DNA from: Chrysomallon squamiferum
Lineage: Eukaryota > Animalia > Mollusca
DNA: 64,000 bases
Reading direction: 5' to 3'
NCBI GenBank assembly: GCA_012295275.1
Contig: CM022678.1
Coordinates: 8,246,001-8,310,000 of the forward strand
The notes beneath the pieces are model-generated. The model did no database searches. It was not told where the DNA came from and saw only the letters and a program-made list of their open reading frames with translations. The translations under genes were made by a program, and so were the position numbers. The stretch's first letter is position 1; each line of letters begins with the position of its first letter. Shown piece by piece: positions 11,753 through 26,209 of the stretch.

Positions 11753-12000
11753 TCCATATAGACATCACATTATATCTCTTTCTCTCTGATGTGAACTTTA
11801 TTTCATTAGTTTACTATAATTATATCGATGTGTTTTGAATGTAATGTAGCGTGATATCAATCACAGAGTGAATTAACAGTGCTAAAGTGTACAGGGGATT
11901 TTTGTTATACCAACAATTTGTAATTTGACGGAATTTATCTCACTTCACGTTTTATTCCCTTTCGTCAAGGTCCTGAATCCTGGTTCTTACTTTCTTATTT

Positions 12001-12010
12001 CTGAAAATAT
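12001..12010 (-). promoter_or_regulatory. Conserved 3' splice acceptor TTTTCAG|AAAT upstream of ZF cassettes
   Basis: Same motif (C of plus-strand CTG) at 2810, 12001, 19968, 20689, 29894, 30597, 40573, 44844, 46604, 56547, 60284; variants at 12721 (no AG) and 49634 (AAG). Confidence 0.7.
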
Positions 12011-12029
12011 ATAACAGAAATAAAGTGGC

Positions 12030-12430
12030 ATATTTTATTCAAGTGTATAATTTTAAACAATAGATTCTATTTAATTACAAATTAATTTCATTCTAAGACT
12101 GTACTTTTTGAAAATCCTATGTTTACTTGCAATTTTGGAGTACGGCAAGAACAAAATCTGTCATGTGTTTCGATTTGATTCTATATAAATGATGCAGTAA
12201 TATTTTCAGCTAAGACAATTGTGAAGGTATTCTATCAGTAACAGATTATTACTTTTTAATATTATTTATTTTTATTTTTTTTTCAAACAACGTCAATGTA
12301 CTTCACGTTATTGTCATTTTATTTATTTTTTATTATTCTACCGTACTATTAAAAGAAATGAGTTACAACACTAACTACGATCGTTTCAATTACACGAAAC
12401 CTGGGAAACCTGGAAGTCAAAACTTAATGT
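12030..12430 (+). mobile_element. LINE RT relic, antisense to the ZF gene, next to the acceptor
   Basis: ggagtacggcaagaacaaaatctgtca...tatataaatgat translates GVRQEQNLS...YIND (RT GVRQGxxLSPxLFxxYIND). Repeated at ~12870, 20130, 20820, 30745, 45005, 46770, 49780, 57135, 60428. Confidence 0.65.
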
Positions 12431-12439
12431 ATCTCAGAA

Positions 12440-12720
12440 AAAGCTTATGGATACTCATATGGATGTTTGAAGTGTAGTCGTTTTGCACAAACTTCACATT
12501 TAAAAGGTTTCTTACCAGTATGGATGCTGAATAATTATTCGTTACTATGAGTTTCTATGTTAATTTTTATATGCTCATTTTCAGAAAATTTATTCCATAC
12601 AGATTTGACATTTAAACCTTTTCTCTCTGCTATAAATTCCTATTTTTTTGTTATTTGATGGAATTCTTTTTCTCACTTCACATTTTATCCCGATTTGTGA
12701 TTGTTGCTATTTATTTATTT
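12440..12720 (-). pseudogene. One-finger ZF stub cassette (unit A), acceptor and ATG both mutated
   Basis: [19 protein letters not shown]... then decay; homologous to the 5' end of the 49 kb pseudogene. Confidence 0.8.
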
Positions 12721-13424
12721 CGGAAAATAATAAACTAACTACTTAAAGCAGTAGAGGAGATACAATATTTTAAATCACGTATTTTATTCAAGTACGTAAT
12801 TTTATTTAATTATAAAATTGATACATTTTTACACTACATTTTCAAAATCACGTTTTCTTTCAATTTTCGAGTAAGACAAGAAAAAAATGTGTCATCTTTT
12901 TCATTTTCATTATACATAAATGATGTAGTATCGTTTTCCGTACGAAAATGGTGACGGTTTTCGATCAGTAACATATGTATTTATGAAACTCGTTAATGTA
13001 CTTTAAGTTATCTATGTGTTTTTTGCTTGTAGATCATTAAATAAACAAAATAAAAACCAGAAAACACACAAAGAAAAACCGGGTGATTGATAACATCTAC
13101 TAGATTGTTTTGAAATACACTGGGAAACCTGAAAGATGTATAATAATAAGGAAACAGAAATTTTTACTCTAGACAAATATTTGGAATTGATTTAGTTAGA
13201 GCTGAATCCTTCGTAGATACCAAGAAAGATTCAATGAAGCTCTACAGTTTTCTGTACTAAAACAAGATATCGAGAAATAAGTTTATAAATTTACTGTCAG
13301 ATTTGAACAACAACATTATAAAACCTACATTACTGTACGGAGGATGTGAAATTATGGGATTTTAGTAAGTTAATATATCTGGAAAAACAAAACTTTGAAT
13401 TACATAAAAATTTAATTATAATAA

Positions 13425-13461
<37 letters not shown>

Positions 13462-14179
13462 AAATAAATTACTTCCTCGAAGATTTGTTACAGTTGTTTC
13501 TTGAATGCATTTATCAAAAATACTGTAGAAGAAAGGATTTATTAAATGTATCAGTTAATGTCCGTGCTTTAATGGAAATTGAATTTTAATGAATATTAAT
13601 TATTCAGCTGTAATATCGTACTGGACATTCTCAATATTGCTGATTGTACGTAATTATAGAAATGCATGTCATAATACACAGTACAGTATTACTGAATGTA
13701 CAATGTCCTGAACATATACACGTTTATCTATCTACTAAGCAAAAACAAATCTCATAGTAGTTAGTACTTTTAGTGTTAGTAGTTGTTAATAATTTTAGTC
13801 TCGTAGTATTTGTAGTGTTAGTAGTACTTAGTACTAGTTGCTAGCAGTATTTGATGCCATAGTAATAAAACTGGTCTCAGTGTTAATACAATTTTAGTTA
13901 AAATTAAAGAATTAAAAACAATGAAATCAGTTTCCATTTCTTTTTCTCTTTTATTAAATATATTCAAATCTAACCAAGTACAAAGTTTCACTTATCAAAC
14001 CTGCAGCATTAATTGTTTTCAGTCTCAAGACTGCATCTATTTTATTGGCCATAATTAGCACTTACAATATCTTTTGAAAGAAGACAAGAAATTTCTTTCT
14101 CTGTAGACAGCAATGCGATCAGTATTGAGAACACATAAACTAAATCCAATTTAAACACTATTTTCTGTAGTGATACAAA

Positions 14180-15260
14180 ACATATTAAATTTTATTTAAC
14201 CCACAAAACTGATTCTCTCAATGACAAGTTTATACAAAAGTGTATTGCTTTTCCTTCCAGAAAAGAAATGTTGAAATGTGATTGTATTTGGTCTAAGTGT
14301 ATAATAATATATATTCACTTCTCTCAGAAAGAGAAAAATGTACAGCAAAAATATAGTAGAACTCATCACCAATATCAGAATTACATAAAAGATATTCAGT
14401 CTTCCCTTTCAATTTTAAACAATCTACCAGATACCACAGGAAGTTTGACATTACTGGTTCTATATTTACAAAATGCTTCACTGGCAGCTGTAACTGATAA
14501 TATTCTAATTTAAACTGACCTTTAAACATTCTGTTATAAATTCCTTTTGATGACTCAAGTTTATTTTTATTCCATTTTAGTAAGAACTGACTACAAAATT
14601 CTTTTAACTGCATTTTATAATCAAAAGACATTCACTTGCACATATAAATATATCTTACCTAAACCACATTCATCCATTATAGCTTTTATACAAGATAACC
14701 AAGAACTTGATATATTATTTAAATTAATAACAACATTGAAATCACACCAAATAATTTAAACTCTTTGCAGTTAATATAATATATATATATAGTTGCACAT
14801 AATGCCTTTCAACTGTATCTAAATTAATAAACCCGAGATTTCAGATCCATGTAATTATTTATTTTTTTACAAACTTGTAAAAGAAATGTGAGAGTCAAGT
14901 AATAAACTGAATTCTCTACATTTTTTAATATACCAAACACTGCTTTTCAACATCAGCTGATTAAATCTGTTTAAATATTTGCAGATCCAGATTTACTTAA
15001 ATCAAGCAAGAGGTATTTAACCTCGGTAACAATTTCTACCTCCATATTATTAGATATAAATCTAAATGTATTTGTTTTTAGAATCTTAATTTTTAAGTAG
15101 AACTACTCACTGCACAACTGCTTACCAGTAAAGTGATAAACTTTACAACAGTAGTGATAACCTCTTAACAATAAAATAGGATATGCTGAAATCAATACAA
15201 CATTCTTTTGTTTCTTTTACTTTATGTTAGAAATATAAACTGTTCTAAAAACAAGATATT
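14180..15260 (-). mobile_element. RTE-X-like LINE ORF2 3' fragment (~1.05 kb)
   Basis: Frameshifted pieces read EIVTEVKYL, YRTSNVKLPVVSGR, LCNSDIGDEFYYIF (C-terminal CCHC region). Clade assigned from motif recognition only. Confidence 0.75.
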
Positions 15261-17389
15261 AATAGATTTCCATATATACTATAGTTCATTCCTGTATTCG
15301 AAAACCAATTTTCACCCCAAATGTCGCATATATGTATGTTTATATATAGAGAGCGAGAGAAGATCATATTATAAACATACATATGTAATTTATACATGTT
15401 ACATATGTCTATAACTTCATCTCAATTCCGTCATAACATTCCAACATTTATAGTTGGTGATATAGGCACTGTACAGAATTTAAATAAAGTGATTAAACAT
15501 CTGATATGTCAGTTATTTAGAAGATGGGTTGTAAAACTGACAGGTTCCCTGACATTATATAGTCTACACTGGTAACTAAGTGGAATTATATGCATGTTAA
15601 GTTAAAACTATTACTATCTTAATTTGTTTAAAATATTTATCATGACCACAGAAATACTAACACCATAACCAAAAAGATTTCATTTTCAAACCTTCATTAA
15701 ATTTTCTTGATTATGTTCTTTCATTTAGTTTATATTTGATATAGAGGTAATTCCTACAGCTTGACTAACAGGAAATGTAGGAAATACAAGAACTGAGGCT
15801 TATCTGTACTAATACCAAGAGATTAGACTGGTAAGATGTTTGAGAATATTATTTACATCCATCATTAAGTGTGACAGTATTGTCTGATCAAACTGAATTA
15901 GAATGTTGTTTTTGAGAAGAATCCTATATAAAATATGATTTCCATTAATTTACGAAAAGGAAATAAGAAAATATGTACCATGCTTTAAAAATTTGGAAGG
16001 AGCATTTGATTCAGTATGAAATTTATAAAGATATCCCATAGAGAAATTCTGGTGAAAGACCTTTACCATGTTAATGTACATGAAGTTATTTGCATTGTTA
16101 ATTACTTTTGATACAGAAATTATAACACAAGCTAAATACCTTGGTCTTGTCTTAAGTCAGTCTGGATCCTTTGTAAATACCAAGAAATATTTAATCAGCT
16201 GAATTCAAAGCCATTTTTCCTGCACCGAGAAAAGAAAAATGTTGAGAATTTAATGTTTGAACTGACAAGATTGTAAAACATATATTAGTGTATAGATGTC
16301 ATCATATTTTAAAAGCTATAACAACTTTATCTGTCTTAAAAGAATATTATGTGATCAGTTGTTATAAATATGGAATAGTAATGAATTTGAATGATCTGAA
16401 TGTGAGAAGACAGTCATTGAAACCAATGACCTGCTACATCCCGTACGTTAAATAAAAACAATAGTTACACATTTTCAGTAGAGTAGTTTATGCAGTCGAC
16501 GTTTAACCGTGAGAAAATATTTCTATTAATTTCCATTTGACTGAAAATGATTTAATTAGTTCGATGCTGTATGTAAGTAACAATAAAAAGTACTACGGCT
16601 ATCATTAACAGACTTTACTAGAAAAAACGATTATAGGTACACAACATAAATTAAAAAAAAAAAACACCACGTCACTATTTAACACAAGACGAATTATCTT
16701 GATGTTTTGCGAAAAATTACAGCAAATGTCTTCTAGATTGCCTGACGCACTTCTTCGGAACGGCAACAAAAAGGATTAACGGCAAAAACTGCACAGGAAT
16801 CCTGGACAAAAAATTAGTAGTAGTAGAAAAGGTAGCAGCAGTTACCATATTTGTACTGTTGGTAGAAGTTGTCGAAATAGTTGTAGTATATGCAGTGGTT
16901 TTAGTAGATGTCACAACAGTCGTATTTGTTAGAGCAGTTATAAAATGTTACATAAAATTAAACAATAAAAATACTGAACAAAATATTCATGGTTTGCTTT
17001 TTCTTTTTATTTCACAAAATTTAATAATCTTTTATATAGTTAATATGAAAATTAATATTGTCACAAAATAATCTCGACTACATAGATATTAATCATAGAA
17101 TCGAGAACTTTAAAGTAAAACGCATTCACTGTCAACTCACTTCTAGAGTCGTCATAAAAATAATTAACCATCAATCATCTACTTAATGTTTAACATTTAA
17201 AAGATTTCTCACCGCTATGCTCCTGGATATGACACTTTAAATTTGTTTATTTATCCATAGCAGGTTCGTTTGTTTAAACTGTAATGAGTGTGTTCTCACT
17301 ATGGCAGTAAATGCTAATAAAGTGTCGTTAATGCTTGAGTCTTCTATAACGTTTCTTTCCTAACTTTAATATAGAAAGTTTGCCACTGT

Positions 17390-17393
<4 letters not shown>

Positions 17394-17433
<40 letters not shown>
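17394..17433. repeat. (TA)n microsatellite
   Basis: Directly visible. Confidence 0.95.
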
Positions 17434-17435
<2 letters not shown>

Positions 17436-18889
17436 ACTGCCAATCCACAAGAACGATAATGGTACCACGTTGAAATTTTTAATATCTCCAATCAGTGAAT
17501 TGACATCTTAAAGTCCAGAAATCTTGACTCTTACAGAACATTTCTTAACTTTTGTCTTCATTTACAGGCTGTAAAATACTTCAATTTAGATACGATATAT
17601 TTTTCATGCTTTGGATTAAATTTTGATCATTTAATTAATGAGACATTACACGCTATTACTGAAGACTCCCGGAATAAAAAATAGTAAAATGTCTAGTTTA
17701 TATTCAGATCTAAACTACTCCTGTTTATTTTGAACACAGCCTAATCATTTACTGGTATCCGGAACTGTTAAAACTGATCCTAACGTGTGTGTCTACATGC
17801 CTTTATTATGTTTGTATCTGTGTTCATCTGTGTGTGTCTTTATATAATTTTATTTATCTGTATACATTTGTATTCCATGGGAAATCTTCCTAAATTCAGT
17901 TTGCACATAGGTGAAATCGCCGTATACTGCCAGTTCAACGAAATGCTGCTTAACATGACTGTATCATTTAAACACCTATATATTAGAGTCATTGTTTTTT
18001 ACATTTTATTTTGAAATTAGCATCAAAGGATGCATTTGAATTTATTTCCGTATTTCGCTGTTTTCTATATTTGTGAAATGAAGAAGACCTAGGTTCTCAC
18101 AATGAACATGTAGTGTACATGATTATTGTAAGTTACTAAAACAGTCATTTGAAACAAAATACAGCACCAGTATTAGTATTTGAGCGGATGGTTACAGTAA
18201 ATACACATATACATAATTACAAATACCAAAATAGTACAAATACAAAAAAAGAGACCATAATATGAACCCATTCAGAGAAAAACATAGACAGAGACAAACA
18301 TTGTTTCTTAAATTAAGATAATCTGTTATAATAATAACAAGGAATTGATGAAAGTTGGCATGAAGTCTAATATCCACTTCCCTGATGTTTTAGTAATAGC
18401 AGTGGTAGTACTAGTAGAAAAAGCAGTAATAATACAGTAAAGGCAGTAATAATACTACTGCTAGTAGTAGGAGTAGTTAGTAGTTCAGTTTCAGATTTGT
18501 TATCAGTCAAACTAATCAGAAGTCGTTTTCTTCATTACCTTTTCTTAAAAGTTGTTTATTACAAAATAGTATTATATTTTATGGTTACTATTTGACAACA
18601 AATCACTTTTATTTTCAGTTATCATCAGTCATTTCTAAAACGTTTCTAATAAAATCCAAACATCGTGTGATATTTTAGATACCACCTTGCAGGAAATATT
18701 TCGCACGAACTCAACATTCAAAACATTTCTCACCCCTGTGTATTTTTATGTGACATTTTGGAACATCTCCTCGTGAGAAATATCTTGCTCAAACTTCACA
18801 TTTGAAAGACATCTCACCAGTTTGGATCTTTATCTGATTCCAACTCCGTGAATAAAACATTTTGCACAAGCTTCACATTTAAAAGCTTT

Positions 18890-19693
18890 CTATCTATCAT
18901 GTATTTTCACATGATATTTAATGCTCGAACTGTGTGAGAAACATTTTGCACAAACTTCACATTTAAAAGGCTTCTCTCCAGTATGGATCTTCATATGACT
19001 TTTTAAATTCGAACTCTGATTGAAACTTTTTGCACAAACTTCACATTTAAAAGGCTTCTCTCCAGTATGGATCTTCATATGACATTTTAAACTCGAACGC
19101 TGATTGAAAAATTTTGCACAAACCTCACATTTAAAAGGTTTCTCTCCAGAGTGCACCATCATATGTCGTTTTATATTTTCAAGTAACGTGTAACATTTTC
19201 CACAAATCTCACATTTAAAAGGCTTCTTTCCAATATGAACATTCATGTGACTTTTTAGATTAGATCTGCACGAGAAACATTTTGCACAAACCTCACATTT
19301 GAAAGGCTTCTCTCCATGAAATACATTCATATGACATCTTAAACTCGAGCTCCCTGAGAAATATTTTGCACAAACTTCACATTTAAAAGGCTTCTCTCCA
19401 GTATGGACTTTCATATGATCTTCCAAACTTTCTCTTTGTGAGAAACATTTTCGACAGACTTCACATTTAAAAGATTTCTCTTTAGTGTGGTGCTTCATGT
19501 GACGTTTTAGATTCGAACTATGTGAGAAACATTTTACACAAATTTCACATTTAAAAGGTTTCTGTCCAGTATGGATTCTCATATGATTTTTTACATTGAC
19601 CCTTTGTGAGAAACATTTTGCACAAACTTCACATTTAAAAGATTTCTTACCAGAATGGATGCTGAATAATTTTTGATTACTGTGAGTTGACAT
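18890..19693 (-). CDS. C2H2 zinc-finger protein, 9 fingers
   Basis: 267-aa ORF with TGEKPF linkers; acceptor at 19968. Confidence 0.92.
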   Translation of the reverse strand: MSTHSNQKLFSIHSGKKSFKCEVCAKCFSQRVNVKNHMRIHTGQKPFKCEICVKCFSHSSNLKRHMKHHTKEKSFKCEVCRKCFSQRESLEDHMKVHTGEKPFKCEVCAKYFSGSSSLRCHMNVFHGEKPFKCEVCAKCFSCRSNLKSHMNVHIGKKPFKCEICGKCYTLLENIKRHMMVHSGEKPFKCEVCAKFFNQRSSLKCHMKIHTGEKPFKCEVCAKSFNQSSNLKSHMKIHTGEKPFKCEVCAKCFSHSSSIKYHVKIHDR

Positions 19694-20399
19694 GTTAATT
19701 TTTAAATTTCTTATTTCTAGAAAATTAATTCCTTACAGACATCACGTTTTCTCTACTATAGTTATATCTTAGAAGAAGATTCACAAATCAGATGTATTTT
19801 GAATGTAATGTTACGTGATATCAAACACAGAGTGAATTCACAGTGCTAAAGTGTACAGGGTATATTTCTTATACCAACAATTTCTAATTTGACGGAATTA
19901 TTTTTCTCACTTCGCGTTTTATTCCGTTTCGTCAAGGTCCTGAATTCTGGTTCTTACTTTCTTATTTCTGAAAATATATAACAGAAATAAGAGACTAAGG
20001 GAATGCTATATTTCAACTGGTATATTTTATTCAAGTATGTAATTTTAAACAATAGATTCTATTTAATTACAAATTAATTTCATTCTAAGACTGTACTTTT
20101 TGAAAATCCTATGTTTACTTGCAATTTTGGAGTACGGCAAGAAGAAAATCTGTCATGTATTTCGATTTGATTCTACATAAATGATGCAGTAATATGTTGA
20201 GCTAAGACACTTGTGAAGGTATTCTATCACTGACAAATTATTACTTTTTATTATTAAACAACGTTAATGTACATCTCCTTATTTTAATTTAATTTTTTTT
20301 TTTTTTTATTTCTGTACCGTTCTAATAAAAGAAATGATTTACAACACTAACTACGATCGTTTCAATTACACTGGGAAACCTGAAGTTAAAATTTAATGC

Positions 20400-20688
20400 A
20401 TCTAAGAAAAAACGTATGGATACTTATATGGATGTTTTACGTGTAGTCGTTTTGCACAAACTTCATATTTAAAAGGTTTCTTACCAGTATGGATGCTGAA
20501 TAATTCTTCGTTACTGTGAGTTAGCATGTTAATTTTTATATCCTAATTTTTAAAAAATTCATTCCATACAGACTTCACATTTAAACCTTTTCTCTCTGCT
20601 ATAAATTCCTATTTTTTGTTATTTGATGGAATTCTTTTTCTAACTTCACATTTTATCCCCATTTGTGATTGTTACTTTTTATTTATTT
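20400..20688 (-). pseudogene. One-finger ZF stub cassette (unit B); acceptor and ATG intact
   Basis: [41 protein letters not shown]; ATG at 20527. Confidence 0.78.
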
Positions 20689-22057
20689 CTGAAAATAATA
20701 AAGTAACTAGTTAAAGCAGTACAGGAGATACAATATTTTAACTCGCGTATTGTATTCAAGTAGGTAATTTGATACATTTTTACACTCTACATTTTCAAAA
20801 TCACGTTTTCTTTCAATTTTGGAGTAAAATAAGACGAAAATTTGTCATTTTATCATTTTCATTACACATAAATGATGTAGTATCGGTTTGCCGTACGAAA
20901 ATGGTGACGGTTTTCGATCAGTAACACATGTATTTATGGAAAACGTTAACGTACTTTAAGTTATCTATGTGCTTTTTGGTTATACATCATTAAATAAAAA
21001 AATAGAAAACAGAAACAAAAACCGGGTAATTGATAACATCAGCTAGATTGTTTTGAAATACACTGGGAAACCTGATAGTTATTGGTTTTCAAAAGTGACT
21101 TTCAGAATTGTTTCCCTAAGACTGATGTATAATAATAAGGAAAGAGAAATTGTTACTCCAGTCAAATTGTTTTAATTAGATCTGAATCCTTCGTAAATGC
21201 CAAGAAAGATTCAATGAACTTCTAGAGTTTTCTATACTAAAACAAGATATCGAGAAATAAGTTGATATATTGGCGTCAGATTTTAATGACATTATAAAAC
21301 CTATATTACTGTATGGAGGATGTGAACTTATGGGATTTTAGTAAGGTAATATATATGGAAAAACAAAACTTGCAATTACATAAAAATGCATAAAATGTTT
21401 GAATAATAATAACGAAAAAACCCACAAAAAAAAGACTTCCTTTAAGATTTGTTAGTTGTTTCTTGAATGCATTTATCAAAAATACTGTAGAAGTAAGGAT
21501 TTATTAAATGTATCAGTTAATGTCCGTGCTTTAATGGAAATTGAATTTTAATGAATATTAATTATTCAGCTGTAATATCGTACTGGACATTCTCAATATT
21601 GCTGATTGTACGTACTTATAGAAATGCATGTCATAATACACAGTACAGTATTACTAAATGTACAATGTCCTGAACATATACACGTTTATGTATCTACTAA
21701 GCAAAAAAATCTAACACTAGTAGTATTTGTAGTGTCAGTAGAACTTAGCACTAGTTGCTAGCAGTATTTGATGCCATAGTAATAAGACTGGTCTCAGCAT
21801 TAATAAACTGTCAGTTAAAATTAAAGAATTAAAAACACTGAAATCAGTTTTCATTTCGTTTTCTCTTTTATTTGATAAATATATTGAAATCTAAGCAAGT
21901 AGAAGCTTTCACATACGAAAGTTGCCACTAATTAGCAGTAACAATATCTTTTAGAACAAGACAAGAAATTTCTTTCTCTATAGACTGCAATGCGGTCAGT
22001 ATTGAGAACACATAAACTAAATCCAATTTAAACAGTATTTTCTGTAGTGATACAAAA

Positions 22058-24170
22058 CATATTAATTTTTATTTAACCCACAAGACTGATTCTCTCAATG
22101 GCAAATTTATACAAAAGTGTTTTTTTTTCTTCCATAAAATAAATGTCGAAAGGTTATTGTATTTGGTCCAAGTGTATAATAGTGTGGTATATATTTACTT
22201 GTCTCACAAGAGAAAAATGTACACTCAAAATATAGTGGAACTCATCACCAATATCAGAATTACATAAAAGCTATATTATGTCTTCCCTTTCAATATTAAA
22301 CAATCTACCAGATATCATAGGAAGTTTGACATTACTGGTTCTATATTTACATAATGGTCCACTGGCAGCTGTAACTGATAATATTCTAATTTAAATTGAC
22401 CTTTAAGCATTCTGTTATAAATTCCTTTTGATGACTCAAGTTGATGTTTTTTCCATTTTTGTTAGAAGTGACTACAAAATTCTTTTACTGCATTTTATAA
22501 TCAAAAAACATTCATCCATATACAAGATAACCAAGAATTTACATTAATAACAACATCGAAAGCACACCGAATAGTTTAAGCTCCTTAGAGTTAACAAAAT
22601 ATATATAGTTGCATATAAAGCGTTTGAACTATATCTAAATTAATAAAACCCCAGATTTGACATCCATCTTATTACTTAGCTTTTACAAACTTGTAAAATA
22701 AATGCCAGTGACAGTCAAGTAATAAACTGAATTCTCTACATTTTTTAATATAGCAAACACTGCTTTTCAACATCAGCTGATTAGATCTGTTTTAATATTT
22801 GCAGATCCAGATTTACTTAAAATAAGGAAGATGTATTTAACCTCGGTAACAATTTCTACTTCCATATTATCAGATATAAATCTAAATGTATTTGTTTTTA
22901 GATTGGCCTCTGGGAAACAATCTTAATTTTTAATTAGAACTACTCACTGCACAACTGCTCACCAGTAAAATGATAAACTTTACAACAGTAGTGATAATCT
23001 CTTAACAATAAAAGAGGATATGCTAAAATCAATACATTTGTTTCTTAGTTTTGCTTCATCTTAGAAATATAAAGTGTTCTAAACATTAATTTTTGTTTAA
23101 GCCAGAAGATTGATTCTCTTAAGGAAAGTTTATACAAAAGTGTATTTTTTTCTTCCATGAAATAAATGTTGAAACGGTATTGGATTTGGTCTAAATGAAT
23201 AATAATATCCATTTACTTCTCTCAAAAGAGAAAAATGTACAGTAAAAATTATAGTAGAACTCATCACCAATAACAGAATTACATAAAAGCTATATTCTCT
23301 CTTCCCTTTCAGTATTGAACCATCTACCAGAGACCATAGGAAGTTTGTTATTACTGGTTATATATTTACATAATGCTCTAGCATTTTGTACTGGAAGCTG
23401 TAAAGACAATGTTCCACTTTAAATTCACCATTAAGTATTATATAATAATTATTTTTGATGACTCAAATTTATGTCTATTGCATTGTTGTACAAACTGAGT
23501 AGAATATTTTTATAAAAGCATGATATAATCACTTTCATATATAAATTTATGTTACATAAACCACTTTCAGCCATTATAGCTTTTATACAAGATAACCAAG
23601 AACTTGATATGTTATTTACATTAATAACAACATCGAAAACACACCAAACATTTTAAACTCTTTGCGGTTAACTTAATAGATATAGTTCCATATAAAGCCT
23701 TTCAACTATATGTAAATTAATAAAACCCCAGATTTCAGATCCATCTAAAATTTTATTTTTTACAAACTTGTAAAATACATGTAAGTGACAGTCAAGTAAT
23801 CAACTGAATTCTCTACATTTTTTAATATAGCGAACACTGCTTTTCAACATCAGCTGATTAAATCTGTTTAAATATTTGCAGATCCAGATTTACTTAAAAC
23901 AAGCAAGAGGTATTTAACCTTGGTAACAATTTCTACCTCCATATTATTAGATATCAATCTAAATGTATTTGTTTTTAGATTGCCTCTGGGAAGCAATCTT
24001 AATTTTTAAGTAGAACTACTCACTGCACAACTTCTCATCAGTGAAGTGATAAACTTTACAACAGTAGTGATAATCTCTTAACAATAAAATAGGATCTGCT
24101 AAAATCAATACAACATTTTTTCTTAGTTTTCCTTTATCTTAGAAATATAAACTGTTCTGAAAACAAGATA
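22058..24170 (-). mobile_element. Two tandem copies of the RTE-X-like LINE 3' fragment
   Basis: Junction at ~23083; each copy matches 14180-15260. Confidence 0.75.
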
Positions 24171-26076
24171 TTAATAGATATGTAAATGTACTATAATTGG
24201 TTCCTGTATTGAAAACCACTTTTGCACCCAAATGTTGCATAAATGTATATTTATATTTATAGAGACAGAGAAGATCATATTATAAAGTTACATATAATAA
24301 CTGATTTATTTTACATATGGATATAACTTCAGCTGAATTCTGTCAGAACATTTAAATATTTATAGTTGGTGGCATAGTCACAGTCCAGAATTTAAATAAA
24401 GGAAGTGATCAAACAGCTGACATGTCAGTTATTTAGATGGTGGGTTGTAAAACTGATAGGTTCTGTAATCATCTCGGTTTTCAATGGGAATTAACTGAAA
24501 TCCTCTACATGTTAAGTAAAAACTATTACCATCTTAATTTATGTTGTTTATCATGACTATAAAAATACTAACACCGGAACCAAAAAGATTTCACTTTGAA
24601 ACCTAGATTAATTTTCTTAATTATATCATTCTGATTATGTTCTTTCTTTTAATGTTATATTTGCTATAGCGGTGATTCCTCCAGCTTGACTAGAAGGAAA
24701 TGTAGAAAATACAAGAACTGAGGCAAGCAATCATATCTGTACTATTACCAAGCAGATGTTTGAGACTATTATTTACATCCATCACTAACAAAGAATTGAC
24801 AGTATTGTCTGATCAAATTGAATTAGTATTGTTGTTTTAGAGAAGGATTCTATATAAAATATGATTTCTATTAATTTAGTAAAAGGAAATAAGAAAAATA
24901 TGTACCAGGCTTTAACAATTTTCAAGGAGCATTTGATTCAGATATGAAACTTGTGAAGATATCCAGTAAGACAAATTCTTGTGTAAGACCTTTATCATGT
25001 TAATGTACATCAAGTTATTTACATTGTTAATTATTTAATATAGAAATTATAACTAAATACCTTGAACTTTTCTTAAATAAGTGTGGATCCTTTGTAAATA
25101 CCAAGAAATATTCAGTCTGATGATCTTCAAAGACTGTTTCCTATAATGAGAAAAGAAGAAGGTAGAGAATTTAATTTAAGAAGTGATCAGGTTATAAATA
25201 TAGATATATTACTCTATGGACGTCATCACATTACAAATGCTAGACAACATTTATATTTTTGTTTTACAAAATGTATACTAGATGAATGTGACTTCTGTAA
25301 CATATATTCGTGTACCAAAGTACAGTCAAAACATGGTGTTAAAACAATGTTATATGATCGATTGTTACAAATATGAAACAATGATATATTTGAGTGATTT
25401 AAAGTGTTAAGCTACAGCCAAACGCTATATACAAACAACAGTTACAATGTTTCCACTGGCCTAGTTTATGCAGTCGACGTTAATGCTTGAACAAATGTTT
25501 TTATTTATTGCCATTTGAAAATTAGTTAATTAGTTCTGTACTGTAATAATAAATATACGGCTATCGTTCAAACGATTATAGGTACACAACGTAAACAAAG
25601 AACACCACGTCACTATTTAACACAAAACGAACTATCTTGATGTTTTGCGAAAAATCCTTACTACATTTTACAGCAAATGTCTTCTAGATTGCCTGACGCA
25701 CTTCTTCGGAACGGCAACAAAAACGAACCACACTGATATTTCTGTCTGTATTAACTAGCTCTAATGTTTATTTTCATATCTCGTCTTAATAGGAATTCCG
25801 TGGTTTATCTCCCCCTTGCTCAACTTTGTAGTCTATTTGATTTCCTTCAAAATAAAGCGCGCACTCTAATATCACAAAGAACAGTATTATTTCGTTATAA
25901 GGCTATAACCAGACCCACCTCATCGGAACGTTAACAGAAACGAAGCAGACGGATATTTCTGTCTTAATTTACTTTTATATAGTTTTTCTTCTTATTATTA
26001 TTATTATTTGTCGTCATATGCGGATATTTTAATTTTATATTTATTGTTATTATGTAAATTTAAAAACAGATATATA

Positions 26077-26077
<1 letters not shown>

Positions 26078-26126
<49 letters not shown>
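26078..26126. repeat. (GT)n microsatellite
   Basis: Directly visible. Confidence 0.95.
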
Positions 26127-26129
<3 letters not shown>

Positions 26130-26209
26130 TAACCTTTCATGGAACGTAACTCCCAGTCTCCATCTTCAGATTTTAACAATGCACTTCTTCATTTAAATTT
26201 AAGATAAGT

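Larger units (their letters stand above)
7027..15782. repeat. Segmental tandem duplication unit A (~8.8 kb)
   Basis: Marker aaatacaagaactgaggc recurs at ~7027, 15783, 24707, 37156 and 52578, with the same order of blocks between markers. Confidence 0.85.
15783..24706. repeat. Segmental tandem duplication unit B (~8.9 kb)
   Basis: Collinear with units A and C. Confidence 0.85.

Noticed and set aside
16717-17071. Thr-rich mucin-like or Val-rich ORFs (also 38878-39283, 63621-63914)
   Set aside because: They arise from degenerate (TAG/CAG)n simple-sequence tracts in the 3' flanks.
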